Source: Chiloscyllium plagiosum
Taxonomy: Eukaryota
Length of the DNA stretch: 64,000 bases
Assembly: GCF_004010195.1 (NCBI RefSeq)
Contig: NC_057757.1
Location: 6,959,402 to 7,023,401, forward strand
Direction of reading: 5' to 3'
This document shows, in pieces, positions 36,394-49,593 of the stretch. The position numbers and the translations under genes are program-made. Positions within the stretch are counted from its first letter, which is position 1, and each line of letters opens with the position of its first letter. The notes under the pieces were generated by a model. That model was not told the DNA's origin. It made no database searches and saw nothing but the letters and a program-made list of their open reading frames with translations.

Positions 36394-37920
36394 CTGAGGA
36401 AGAAGAGGGGGAAGAGGAAGAGTATTAAGCATATGTAACGTTTTAGATTCAGCCAACTCAACTATTCAAACCCGGAGAAAGTGAATGCAGCCTTTTCTCA
36501 CTGGGGTTTTAAGAGGCATGCAAGATGTTCTCACTAAAATATACATGATTCTGAAGGGGCCCGACAAGCTAGATAATGGTATGATGTTTCTCTTAGGTAC
36601 AGATTTTAGAACAGGCGATTATTGCCTCAGGATAAGGGTCAGCTGTTTGGGACTGCAGTACGGAATAGTTTCTTCACTAAGGAGACAAAGAATCTTTCGA
36701 ATTCTTGACTCCAGAAGCTGTTATTAAATAAATAATGGTGATCGGTTATTTCCTTAAATTTCACGAGGATGTGAGATAGTACGGGAAATGGGATTGAAGT
36801 GGATGGTCAGTCATGTTGCATGGCACAGTGGGACAAAGGGGTTGTACACTCTACAACTGCCCAGAGGTCTCACATTCTCCTCTCAAACCTGCTCCCACCC
36901 CTGCCAAATGGACATGTGAAGGCATATAGAGTCCAGCAAGGAACTGGAGGAGGAAGTGGCCGCTCATCAGAAAGAGTGAAACTGCCCGAGTGACGTGATC
37001 TCTTGTAACATCAGTCCTTTCTGAAAGGGCAGCAATCATGCCTTTGCGGTAGACATTCAAGGGATCAGGTCCCACGCGAGCAATGGTCAGGCTGATATAG
37101 CGCGGGGTTGGGGGGGCTGCATTCTACCCAAGAGCGAGCACCCAGGGAGTATTGCTGTGTTGGAGGGTCTGCATTCTGGGAAGTGCTGGGTCAGTGCAGT
37201 GGGAGCACTTGAACTGTTAGAGGGTCAGTGCTGATGGAGCACTGCAATGTTTTCAGAGAAAACATCAAGTTTGCTCGGGATCTTAGCCAATAAACAAACA
37301 TTAAACTAAACAGATTAGAGACAAAACAAAAACTGCAGATGTTGGAACCCAAGGTAGATAAGCAGGAAACTGGAAGATCACAGCAATCCAGGCAGCATCA
37401 GGAGGTGGAGAACTCAAACGCTTCAGGACCTGAAGAACGGTTACACCTGAAATGTTGACTACTTCACCTCCTGATGCTGCCTGGCTTGCTGTGCTCTTTC
37501 AACCTCCTCCTCGTCTACCGTGGATTCCAGCATCTTCAGTATACCTGGCAAATACTTCATTGCTGTTCATGGAATCTTGCTGTTTACAAACTGACAAACA
37601 TTTTCTGCATGACTAGGAACTACACTTCTAAAGCACTAAATGGCTTTAAAACACCTCAGGGCATTACCAGCCTCTTGTTTGGTTTAGTAAGGGCCTTAAA
37701 CATCCATTTGTCTTGAATAGTCCAGCATCAAGTGCAACCTGTATTTGAATTTATTTGCCCAATGAACAACATCCCCTCTAGCAGGGAAACCAAAAAAAAT
37801 CACTTGTCGAGAAACTTGACCTCCTATTGGTCACAAAGCTCAGCAGCTTCTTCTCCGGACAGTGTAAAGAATCTCCTGCACTGTTAAGACTGGGAGCCAG
37901 CTGGCATGCAGGTGCTTTAC

Positions 37921-38008
37921 CTGTTCTGGGACGTCCCCTGTGTCAATCCCTCGTTCCAGGACACGGCAGCAGTTATCAAACAACTCCCATCTGGTAAGGT
38001 CATGGGCA
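37921..38008 (-). CDS. STAG3: STAG3 exon
   Basis: [29 protein letters not shown] (human STAG3 [29 protein letters not shown]). Confidence 0.92.
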
Positions 38009-39274
38009 CTGTAAAGACAGGCACAAGCAGATGAGGAACAGGAGTCCTCACTCAAGCAGTAACAACGTCAGTGCCTGTGACATAATAGAATGTCCCACGA
38101 CACTTCTATGGTACCTTATGAAACAAAGTTAGATTAGATACCCTACAGAGTGGAAACAGGCCTGTCGGCCCATCAATAGATAGAAAGTCGCATTCTAAGA
38201 TCATGCAGCAGATGTCCTGAAGCTTGGTGGAAGAGGAAAGTTTTAAGGAGCTTTCTGATAGGTTATGGGTAGAGAAGTGGAGTGATTTAGGAAGGGAATT
38301 ATAAAGCTGAGGGCTCAGGCAGCTGAAGGCACAGCCACCAACAGTGCTGCAGTTAAATTCAGAGACTTACAAGAAGGCAGAATTACATGAGCAGAGAAAT
38401 CTTGGAGGTTGTTGGGTCTGGATGAAGTCACACAGATAGAACAGGGGCAAGGTCACAGAGGGAGGCAGCAGAATTTGAACATTTCAGTTGCTGGACTAGG
38501 ATCCAGAGTCAGTCAACATGGACAGTATGATGGTGATGGTAGGAAATAGACTGCAAAGTTTGGGATGACCATTTTTGTGCTGTTGGGGTTAGGGGATCAG
38601 ATATGTCACCAAGGTAGCAAATAGTCTGGCTCAGCCTCAGAGGTTTGCAGGGAGACGGAAGGAGTCAGTAGTTAGGGATCAGAGTTTGGATTGTGGACCA
38701 AAGATAATGGCTTCAGGCTTATCAATAACGTAACAGCAACGTAGCACAAAATTTAGTAACAATGAGACAGTCAGGAGAAGTGGTGATGATGTAGATCTGT
38801 GTTGCCTGCATACACATAAAAATGAACATTATGTTCTAAGAGGTGGTTAGTAGGGCCACTTCCAGAATATACAATTTATCAAGATAGCTGAATGCGTTAG
38901 ACTGGCAAAGCAAAATTTTCTTACCACTAGGTGCAGGCTGGGTGGATTGGCTGTGCCAAATTGCCCATAGTGTCCGGAGATGTGTAGGTTAGGTGGATGA
39001 GCCACGGGAATTACAGGATTACAGGGATAGGATAGGTCTGGATGGGATGCCTTTCGAAGGGTGGGTGTGGGCTAAATGGGCTGAATGGCCTACTACCATG
39101 CTGTAAGGATTCTATGATTTGCATTCCCTTTAGTCGCCATTATGCTGTCTCTGACCTCTGCTGCGAAACTGGATGCGAACTACTGGTCTAATATACCTGC
39201 CCATTGTTGGAGAATCAGCTGTGTTTGTCCTTAATGGAACCACACCTCTGTCAGTTACTGGGTCATTCCAGGGG

Positions 39275-39582
39275 AAGCAGTGGTATAGTGATAGCATCAC
39301 TGGATAAGAAATGCAGGAATGCAAGCTAATACCCTGAGGGGCATAGGTTCAAATCCTAATGCCGTAATGGGTGAAATTTAAATTCAGTGAAAATCTGGAA
39401 TAAAGAGCTGCCAGCTGGCAGTCATGTCACAATTGCAAATTGTTGCAAAAACCCATCTACCCTCCAAACATAGGCCAGACTACGTGTGACTGCAGACCCA
39501 CAACAATGTGATCAACTCTTAACTGCCCTTTGGGCAATAAAAGCTGGCATTGCCCACACCACACGAATGAATAAAAACAAAT
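39275..39582 (+). mobile_element. tRNA-headed SINE with L2-type tail (other copies ~20280-20560, 40565-41075)
   Basis: gcagtggtatagtgatagcatcactgga...ggttcaaatcc (A/B-box-like); tail gggcaataaaagctggc...gaatgaataaaaa. Confidence 0.55.
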
Positions 39583-41267
39583 TTCTAATGCAAGGGGATC
39601 CCCAATTTAAAGATGCAGAATATTCACCATATTTATGAACAGCTTTTTTATATTGTCCTGCACTGTGCTCCAACATACGCACAAATGAACTCGCGAGTGG
39701 GACTCAAGGGCAGAACTTCTTTGCAACCCAGAGACTGCTTGTACTTAGAAAACCTTCAATTCTTGGCAGTCATTGAACACTGGCAAGAATGTGATGCTGG
39801 AAAAGCACAGCAGGTCAGGCAGCATCCAAGGAGCAGGAGAATCGACGTCTCAGGCAAGGGCCCTTCATCAGGAATTTGGCTTTGCCTGAAATGTCAACTC
39901 TCCTGTTCCTCGGATGCTGCCTGACCTGCTGTGCTTTGCCAGCACCACACTCTCAACTCTGATCTCCAGCATCTGCAGTCCCCACTTTCTCCTAGTCTTT
40001 GAACACTTCCTACTGCTCGATTTCCCAGTGGGTCTGCTTGTTTCCAACTAAACCCAGGTCAGCATCGTCGTATCTGTTAAACTTGTTAAAAACAATATAA
40101 GCTGAAAGAACTGTGGATGCTGCAAATCTGAAGAGAAAATAAAACAGGGAACTGTTGGAAAAGTTCAGCAGGTCTGGCAGCATTTGTGGAGAGAAATCAG
40201 AGTTGCCTTTTCAGTGACACTTCCTCAGTGTTAGAAAAAGCAATCCTAGTTTCTTATGAAGATCTCCAATTCAAACCTGATCACGTCATGGTCACTACAT
40301 GCAAGATGCTCTCCTATTGTTACATTAGACATTAGCTCAGGCTTGTTAATCAGTTGTTACAAAGTGGCCATTGTGGAGAAAGTGGCCAGTTGTTTTCCTT
40401 GTTGGTTCTATAATTTACTGATGAGATGTGATCAAGATGATGTGCCCAGAACTGCTGAACTCAGCACCTGCTGCCAAGGTAGAGTTATGTTCAGGATTCT
40501 GTGCAAACCCCTAAACAGAAGCAGAAATTGCAAAATCTCTCATTAACAAGCAAATGCCAGCAGTGGGGGCTGGTGGCATTGTGGTAGCATCACCGCACTC
40601 GTAATCCAGAGTCCCATATCAATGGTCTGGGGAACAGAGGGTTAAAGGAGCAAGTGAGGCCTGAAGGTGCTGGAGAGTCAGAGTTGATAAAACATGGCAC
40701 TGGAAAAAGCACAGCAGGTCAGGTAGCACCCAGGAAGCAAGAGAGTCAAAGTTTCAGGCCAAAAGAAGGGTTAGGCTCGAAACATCAACTATCCTGCTCC
40801 TCGGATGCTGCCTGACGTGCTGTGCTTTTTCCAGAGCCACGCTTTATCAATGTGGGGGGGGGGGGTTCAAACCCCACCACAGCAGCAGGTAGAATTTAAA
40901 TTCAATTCTTAAAAAGATCTTGAAATGAATCACTTGGTCTCAGTAACAGCCACTATGAAGCAGTCATCAATTGTCAAAAACTCCCGTCTGGCTTACTCCC
41001 TGTCTCTCAGGGATGGAAACATGGCATACCTACCCTATCTGACTTATCCAGTTAAATGCAGGGTCCAGACAGCTGCAATGTTATCTGGTTATACTTGGGA
41101 TAGGGGTCCAGGCTGATCACACCCAGACAGAAGTTCAATGCAAGCTGGGTACATCCTAGGGGTGCAAGATCCAGGGTGTTTTTTTTGGGGGAGGGGTGCT
41201 CCTGCTGGGGCTGCAACCACGTTTCTCCTAGAGATTCGTGTTGCCTTAGATTCAATGCCTCACTTAC

Positions 41268-41338
41268 TTGTAAAGAGCTGTGATTCTCTTCAGTGATGTC
41301 GCCACTGTGTACAGGTTATCCTCATCTGTCTCTCCAAC
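41268..41338 (-). CDS. STAG3: STAG3 exon
   Basis: VGETDEDNLYTVATSLKRITALY(N). Confidence 0.88.
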
Positions 41339-42847
41339 CTGAAATCATAGAGGCAAACATCAGTCACTCTTCAGTGTTCCCCAGAGCTCCCCTACCCCAA
41401 TATCTGTTGCCCCCACTGTCTCCTCCATTCTCAATGCGCTGTTCCCACTGTCAGTGCTCATCACCCCTACATCTGCTACCCCTTCAATGGGAAGAATGTG
41501 TCCCCTTCTCCCATTACTCTTTCATAGAAAGATAGAAAATAGGCACACGAGTAGGCCATTCAGTTCTTCGAGCCTGCACTACCATTCATTATGATCATGC
41601 AATAGATAATAGACAATAGGTGCAGGAGTAGGCCATTCAGCCCTTCGAGCCTGCACCACCATTCAATATGATCATGGCTGATCATTCCTAATCAGTATCC
41701 TGTTCCTGCCTTATCTCCATAACCCTTGATTCCACTATCTTTGAGAGCTCTATCCAACGCTTTCTTAAATGAATCCAGAGTGGGCCTCCACTGCCCTCTG
41801 GGGCAGAGCATTCCACACAGCCACCACTCTCTGGGTGAAGAAGTTTCTCCTCATCTCTGTCCTAAATGGTCTACCCCGTATTTTTAAGCTGTGTCCTCTG
41901 TTTCCTGCTGCCAGAGTGTCCAATCCTTTCATAATCTTATATGTCTCAATCAGATGCAATTTCAGTATACCGCCCCGCTCTCTCTCCATACCCCTTGATT
42001 CCTTTAGCTGCAAGGGCTGCATCCAGTTCCCTCTTGAATATATCTCACAAACTGGCCCCGACAGCTTTGTGTGGTAGAGAACTCCACAGCGGAGACTGAG
42101 GGGAGACCTGATAGATGTCTATCAAATTATGAGAAGCTTAGGTAGGGTTGATGGTCAAAATCTTTATCCAGCCCAGAGTTGAAATGTCTAAAACTAAAGG
42201 GCATGCATTTAAGGTGAGAGAGGGAAAAGTTCAAAAGGAAGTGTGAGGGGGAGGTTTTTTATACACAGGGAATCGTAGGAGTCTGGAACACGTCGCCAGG
42301 GGTGGTGGTGGAGGTAGATATGATAGGGGCTTTTACGGGAATTTTCGATAAACATATGAATATGTAAGGGATGGAGGGATATGGGCCAAGGGCAGGCAGA
42401 AGGGATTAGTTTAATTTGGTGTCATGTTCGGCACAACATCATGAATCAAACATCCATCCCTGTGCTGTATGTTTTCTGAGTGAAGAAATTCTTCATCATC
42501 TCAGTCCTGAATGGCTTAACTCTTATTCTTAGACTGTGAGCCCTAGTTCTGGATTTCCCCAACATCAGGAACCATCTTCCTGCATCTTGCCTGTCCAGGA
42601 TTTCATGTGTTTCTATGAGATTCCCCCTCTTAAGACACAATGCAAAAGAGGAGGGGTTTAGGGATGGAAATCCAGCTGCTGAAGGCACAGCCCCCGATTA
42701 AATTTGGGAACAGTGAAGAGGTCAGAGGTAGAATAAAGGCTAGAGGAGATTACAGAGTGAGGGTGGGATTTGAAAGCAAGGAGGAGGAGTCTAAAACAGA
42801 CTTTGGTCGCACCCGGGGATCGGTGAAGCTTGTGGTTTTAGTCTGAC

Positions 42848-43051
42848 CTCATGCAGCAGCTCCTCCACGGAGTGAGTGAATATCTCGACCAGCGTGTCAA
42901 CGATTTGACTGCGTGCAATGTCAACACGATTCCGGATGGTGTACTCCTCGTTGCACAGGGTGTAGTACGCCCGGCTACACGCCTCCAGCACGTCCATCTC
43001 CGTGTGCTTCTCGACAATCTCCCGGATCTGCTTGAGCAGAAGGTCCAAATA
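42848..43051 (-). CDS. STAG3: STAG3 exon
   Basis: [68 protein letters not shown]. Confidence 0.93.
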
Positions 43052-43179
43052 CTGGAAAGGTGAGGGAGATGGTTAGCATGGACAGAGGTTGGGGACTAAT
43101 AGTGCAGAGGTGGACAGGAGTGGAGAAGTGAAGAAGCAAGCCTGGTCAGACAGCATTCTACGCTCACACCCAATCTTAC

Positions 43180-43269
43180 CTTCTCCAGTCGCCTGCTGCA
43201 GTAAACGTCCAAATCAAAGAAACCAGGAATCAGCAGCAGATTTGCGACTTTCTCGGCATCTGCAGAGTA
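43180..43269 (-). CDS. STAG3: STAG3 exon
   Basis: [30 protein letters not shown]. Confidence 0.93.
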
Positions 43270-43955
43270 CTGAAACAAAAACACATACTGCACATCGGTA
43301 AAAGCCCCTCTCGTTCCTATCCTCTCTTAAAATCAGCTATTTCAACAATGACACTCGCACCCTCTGGCCACCTCAGTAGGGAAGTCTACTCTGCACCCCC
43401 CCTTCAATAAATGCCATCCCCACCCATCTTCAGATCCAGCTTTGGACCTAATCCAAAGCTGTGGGATGACCCACCCCTCATCTTATGATAGCTGGGGACT
43501 GCATGATGCTACGCTCCTCCCTTCACTTTGGCCAGGATTGTGCAATGATGCCCCCCCCTTCCCCTTACCTTGGCCAGGAGTGATAATCAGTGAAGCATGG
43601 AAACAGGCCATTTGGCCCATCGAGACCACAATGACCCTCTGAAGATCATCCCACCCAGACCCACCCTCTACACTATCCCATAACTTACATTCCCCATGGC
43701 TAATCCATCCCAACCTACATATTCCTGGACACTATGGGGCAATTTAGCACAGCCAATCCAGCCTAACCTGCACACCTTTGGACTGTTGGAGAAAACAGGA
43801 GCAACCATAGGAAACCCACATGGAGACTGGGAGAATGTGCAAACTCCACACAGACATTCGCCCCGAGGGCAGAATCGATCCTGGGTCCCTGGCGCTGAAG
43901 CAGCAGCGCTAACCAAGCCGCCCAAGTTGTGCACTGATATCCCCTCTGCCCTTAC

Positions 43956-44048
43956 CTTGGCCAGGAGCTGTGGAATGATGACAATTAAATGCTCAGACAG
44001 TTTAACCCGATCGTCCATCTGTTGCTTCTTCTCTTTGACAGTCAGGAA
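43956..44048 (-). CDS. STAG3: STAG3 exon
   Basis: FLTVKEKKQQMDDRVKLSEHLIVIIPQLLAK (human STAG3 [20 protein letters not shown]). Confidence 0.92.
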
Positions 44049-45008
44049 CTGTTATGAGACAAGACAACTATCAGACCCGAGAATCCAGAGTTTCCGGACC
44101 AATATCCTAACACTTCAACCCATTGGGTCACCTAATTGACAACACATCGTTCCTTCACCCCCTGGGTACTGCTCCCTCAGGGTCATCTTATTCACATCAC
44201 TCTGACCCTTCTGCATCTTCCGTTCCCCAATGAGGATACCAGCTCCAGTATATAGCTGTCCTCTGTTGGTTCTCTTAACTGAAAAGTGGTAACATTCAGA
44301 TTACGCAGAAGCCTTCTCCAACAAGGGAGGATGTAACAATCAGCCCTTGGCACCGGGCACACATACACACACACACACACACAAAAAAGGGGGTCCACAA
44401 CTGCAAACTCGCCTTCCTCTGCTAGACTCCAAGGAGCAAGTCAGGAGTGTGACGGTATTACCCCAACCCCCACCACAAGCCTGGATGGGTGCAGCCTCAG
44501 CAGCACTCATGAAGCTCAACACCATCCAGGATAAAGCAGCGCACTAAATCCAGGATAAAGCAGCACCACATTCACAAATATCCGTCACAGACGCTCAGCA
44601 GCAAGCAGTGTGTACCATCTACCATGCACACACTGCAGAATGTTCCAAACCTTCAACTAGCACCATCTAGAACACAGCGTAGCAGATACATAGAAACACC
44701 ACCTCCTGCAGATTCCTCTCCGAACCACTCTCCATCCTCACTTGGAAATATAACAATGCTCCACCACTGTCGCTGGCTCAAAACCTGAAACTCCCTTATT
44801 GACGGCGTCACGGCTCTCCCAACACCAAATGCATTACAGCAGTTCAAGGGGCAGCTCATCACCACCTTCACAAGGGCAGTAGGAATGGACATTAAAGACT
44901 TGCCACATCCCAATTAATGAATAAAACAAATAACAAAACTGAGTCCAAACTACCCTCCTCCCCCTCCCAGGCTTGTAGAGGACACCTTACCTGAAAACGT
45001 AACATTAC

Positions 45009-45112
45009 CTTTTTGCCAGATTGCCGGCCAATCGGTGGGTGGCCCTCCACTGCTTGCCGCATCGAGCACACCATCAGTTCAATCAGAGCACTCTCCTCCT
45101 GATCAGTAAGTC
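45009..45112 (-). CDS. STAG3: STAG3 exon
   Basis: [35 protein letters not shown]. Confidence 0.92.
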
Positions 45113-45908
45113 CTATAACATAGGGGAAGTACCATTACAGACGCAAGATCCAGCTCCCAAGCACACAACACAATAGCAGATACACATGAACACATAGCTC
45201 AGCAGGCCAAGTGGGGGCACAGCGCAGCCCCATCCTAACCCAGCGCAGCCCCAGCGGGGTTCCACTCATTCTCACCCCAACACTGCAGCGTGGGTCCACA
45301 TACCCCACAGAAACCTAGTACGGAACACAGCAGGTCAGGCAGCACCTGAGGAGCAGCAGAGCCAATGCTTTGGGCATAGGTCCTTCATCAGGAGTGTGGA
45401 GGGGGAAGGGGGCTGAGAGATAATTAGGAGGGTGGGGTCAAGGTAGCTGGGAAGATGACAGGCACATGCAGGTGGGAGGTGATTGTGAAAGGTCGGTGGG
45501 AAGGAAGATGGACAGGTGGGACAGGTCAAAAGGGCAGTGCCAAGTTGGAGGGTGGGATCTAGGATAAGGTGAGGGTGGGGGCGAGGGAAAATTTGGAAAC
45601 TAGTGAACTCGATCTTGATGTCGTGTGGTTGAAGGGACCCAAGGTGGAAGATGAGGTGTTGTTCCTTCAGCTGACTAGTGGCTTCGATTTGGTGATGGAG
45701 GCGACCCAGGATTTGTATGGCTTTGGGAGAGTGGGAGGGATGTTTGTGAAGGGCTTATGCCTGAAATGACAACTCCCCTGTTCACTGGATGCTCCGTGAC
45801 CTGCTGTGCTTTTCCAGCATCACAATTTTCAAGTCTGACTCTCCAACTTCTTCTAGAAACATAGTATAGCCATCCGCGCATACACAGAACCAATAACTAC
45901 GAACTTAC

Positions 45909-46026
45909 CCTCCTCACCGTCCCCGATCTCCTCCAGGAGCAACTCCGTCATCCCTTCCCAGTCCTTCAGGACTGAGCCAGCGTGGTCCCACAGACTGTCT
46001 ACTAGGTATGCACAGTGCTCATGGAG
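45909..46026 (-). CDS. STAG3: STAG3 exon
   Basis: [39 protein letters not shown]. Confidence 0.93.
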
Positions 46027-46701
46027 CTGAGGAGGGAGACAGGTAAAGAAACATTCATCAGCTTTCAGAGCAGAAAGAAAGGTATTCTTGTCGCCAGTTC
46101 GCAGTAATGTTGAGCAACATCTTTTATGAATGTCATTGCTGGTGGGAACATGGACTGATGATTGTCTTGTCAAATCAAACAGCATGTTCCTTTGAAATAG
46201 GCAGAGGACATACCCTACTCAACCAGTCTGCATTTGCAAAACCCAAAACAAAACCTGTTGTTTGATGCGATTCCATGGCTGTGCAACACTATGCTGAGCA
46301 ATCTTGAGAAATTGCTATATCAATAACTTAGTCGGTCAAGCTAATAACGTAGCTCATTTGTGCTCAATAGGTACGGCCCATTCTCTGCAAGTTAAAGGAA
46401 TATATTCAAATCTGTGCTTGTTTTGAATTATCTAGGAGCTCGAGGAGACTATAATTCCCTTCTGTTTTTCCCAATGGCAAGGCCTGGGCTCACAAGGGTC
46501 AGCTTGCTAACCAATAAGCACCCATGATCCTCTGACCCAAAACCAGACAGGCCTCCAAGAGCTCCCGATCCTGGGATACCTGTACCCCTCCCAGGGCCTC
46601 ACAAATCACCACATCACCACACCTTGGTAGGATTACCCTGTCAGCAAGCAGAAAGGTGACCACGAGTGTTAGACCTTCCCGTCAGCAATACTGCACTGTA
46701 C

Positions 46702-46816
46702 CTCACTCTCCAGGAAAAAGGTGAGCACCAATTTAATGAATTCGCCATTGACACTCCGCCTTCCATGGTCTTTGGCCAGAGCCTTCTCACGTTCTGCGTC
46801 ATAATGCCTCCGCAGC
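46702..46816 (-). CDS. STAG3: STAG3 exon
   Basis: LRRHYDAEREKALAKDHGRRSVNGEFIKLVLTFFLESE. Confidence 0.9.
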
Positions 46817-47643
46817 CTGAAGGAAGAGAGACCGGCAGCCGATTACAGCTCAGACATACAACTGGGGTGAGCATAGCTGAAGACAACTCGCATCCATCGG
46901 CGTGTCTGCCAATTTCTGGAGACAGAGTGTGCCAAACATCACAAAAATACTCGCTTCTCCTTCACCATTCCCGGTGCAGTGGGTGTCCTGATAGTGTTTT
47001 CTGCACGGTCACGCTGCTGACCAGCTTTATACCCAATTTACAATAGCTCTGAGGAAGGGTCACCAGATCCGAAAACGTTAACTTTGATATCTATCCATGG
47101 ATGCTGCCAGACCTGCTGAACTTTTCCAGCAATTTCTGTTTTTGTTTACAATGTGATCACTGGACAGAAATCTCAGGAGTGGAAGCCTCTGTTGCATAAG
47201 ATCATATGAAATAGAAACAGGAGTAGGGCTTTTGACCCATCGAGCCTGCTCCACCATTCAGTAAGATCACGGCTGAGCCAACTATGACTGGAGCTCTGCA
47301 TTTCGGTCGGTATTCCAAAAGTCAAAAATCTGTATAACTAGGCCTCGAATACATTAGCTTCCTAGTCCCCATTACTCTTGGGTGGGGTATGAAAGACTAG
47401 CAACAAAATCTGACTTAAACCATTTTGCTTGAAACTCTGCCTGAGTTGGAGATCTCCCCCCACGAGGGGAGATACTCTTTCAGCATGTACCTTGTCCAGC
47501 CCCTTTGGAACCACGTGTTTTAGCATGACTAACACTCATTTTTCTAAATCTAATTTCAGATATTAAACTTGAGTAAAAGGTCAGCGACTATGTGCCCAAG
47601 TATTAAAAACAGCGAGATTACAAAGAACCGGAACCTGACTTAC

Positions 47644-47751
47644 TTCACGTGGACAAATTGTCCAGCAGCAGCTGCAGTGGGTCGGTGAGAGGCGTACACC
47701 AGCGGGTAAACACACTCACACTCCTCATGGGTCAGCACATCTTCAGTATTC
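47644..47751 (-). CDS. STAG3: STAG3 exon
   Basis: NTEDVLTHEECECVYPLVYASHRPTAAAAGQFVHV(K). Confidence 0.92.
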
Positions 47752-48669
47752 CTACAGGGGCCACATGAGAGAATGAGCAGCATTTAAACGACATCTTAAA
47801 CAGGATGTCCCAAGTCACCCTTTTCCCACCCATTATTTACTTTCTGAAGTGGTATCACTGCTGTAATGTAGAAACTGAGACAGCCACACTTACGAGGTTG
47901 CAAACTTCCAGGCATAGAAATGAGATCACAGATGATCTTACTAGTGCTATTGACTGAAGGGGGTGGATGTTGTTCAGGACACCAGGGACAGCAACTCTGC
48001 CCTTCTTTGTAATAGACAATAGGTGCAGCAGTAGGCCATTTGGCCCATCGAGCTAGCACCATCATTCATTATGATCATGGCTGATCATCCACAATCAGTA
48101 TCCTGTTCCTGCCTTATCCCCATAACCCTTGGATTCCACTATCTTAAAGTGGGATTTTTTTACCCAAGTGAAAGGCTAGGTCTTGGAGATGTCTATCGAA
48201 CTCTGTATTGGGTAAGGTCACAGGCTCAAGTTTCTCGAGTGGATCTTGAACCTGCAACATCTTGATGGAACAAAGCATCAGGAAGCTGGGAGGACCAAGT
48301 GAGAAATCAAATCCCAGAACAACAGTCCACTGCAAGGATCGAGAATTCGGATGCACTCGTAAAGGCTCCCTCGACAACACCTTCTAAACCCAAGGACCTC
48401 TACCATCGAGAAGGAGAAAGGCTGCAAGTGTACGGAAACACCACCAAGTTCCCTCGCAAACTGCTCGCCAATCTGATTTGGAACTACATCACCGTTCCTT
48501 CACTGTGACTGAGTCAATGTCCTGGAACTCCCTCCCGAATTGCAAAATAGAAATATCCTCACCATTTCACCCATGGGTAAGCAGAGGGAAAAGAGGAGAT
48601 ATAAGCTGGTTGAGCAGGGGCACCCACATCCAACAAATCAATAGTAGATATATTAAAAAAAAAACTTAC

Positions 48670-48749
48670 TGCAGAATGAGAGTCAATAGCCTGACTGCTT
48701 CCACTGCGACATCATAATCCACATCCAGGACCATTGACACCATCCTGTC
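48670..48749 (-). CDS. STAG3: STAG3 exon
   Basis: DRMVSMVLDVDYDVAVEAVRLLTLIL(Q). Confidence 0.92.
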
Positions 48750-48957
48750 CTATACAGACATCAGAAGTACAAGGAGTCAATACAACCACAGAGCAGCATC
48801 TGTTACAGTCAGAGAGTAGGACAGTGCTGGACTCCCTGCCAGAGGGCAAGCAGAGCCAGAATGCAATCCAGTACTAGCCACACTATTCACTGTCGAAGGG
48901 CTTTTGCCCATTGCTCAAAGCTCTCGACTTGCACAACCAATTAAGGAAGACATTTAC

Positions 48958-49056
48958 CTTGAATCGGTTGGTGAACAGATCCAGTTTCTGAGTGATTTCT
49001 TTGCTTTCGTACAGATTCTGGAGGGACTTCAAACATCTCAGCCTCACCTCCCGTTG
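48958..49056 (-). CDS. STAG3: STAG3 exon
   Basis: QREVRLRCLKSLQNLYESKEITQKLDLFTNRFK. Confidence 0.93.
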
Positions 49057-49593
49057 CTGAAAAAGACACACCAACAGTCATGACCAATTGGGAGGGAAGG
49101 GTGCAGGAAAGCTCCATCTTTCAGCTCACTCAGTCCACGCAGATGCCACCCTCCTCCCCACCACCCCAAAACACCTGGAAAAGTGCATGGCTCCAGACGG
49201 AAAAGCAGGAACAATTTTCACAAAAGGGAAACGTGTGTGACATACCTGAACCTGAGCTGGAGAACTGCTACCAACCCAACCCAGGAAGTCAAGCCTCTCT
49301 GGTGTTACCCATCTCTCAAATGCCTGATCCCATCTCTGTCCTGCCTCAGTATGTGAATAGCACCCTCCCATGACACTTATCAGAGTATAGCCTGAGCACA
49401 GCTTAGTACAAGGTTGTCACCACCTCCTCTACATTCGAGCCACAGATCTTGATGATATATCAGTAACGTTGATTGTTGGCCTGTACTGGCAAAATGGAAT
49501 TACAAATACTATCACAAATGACTGTAACATTCAGTAACAGTAACTGATCCTCAAGGTTCAAGGAGCTGAATGGCCAAATCCTATACATGCTCT

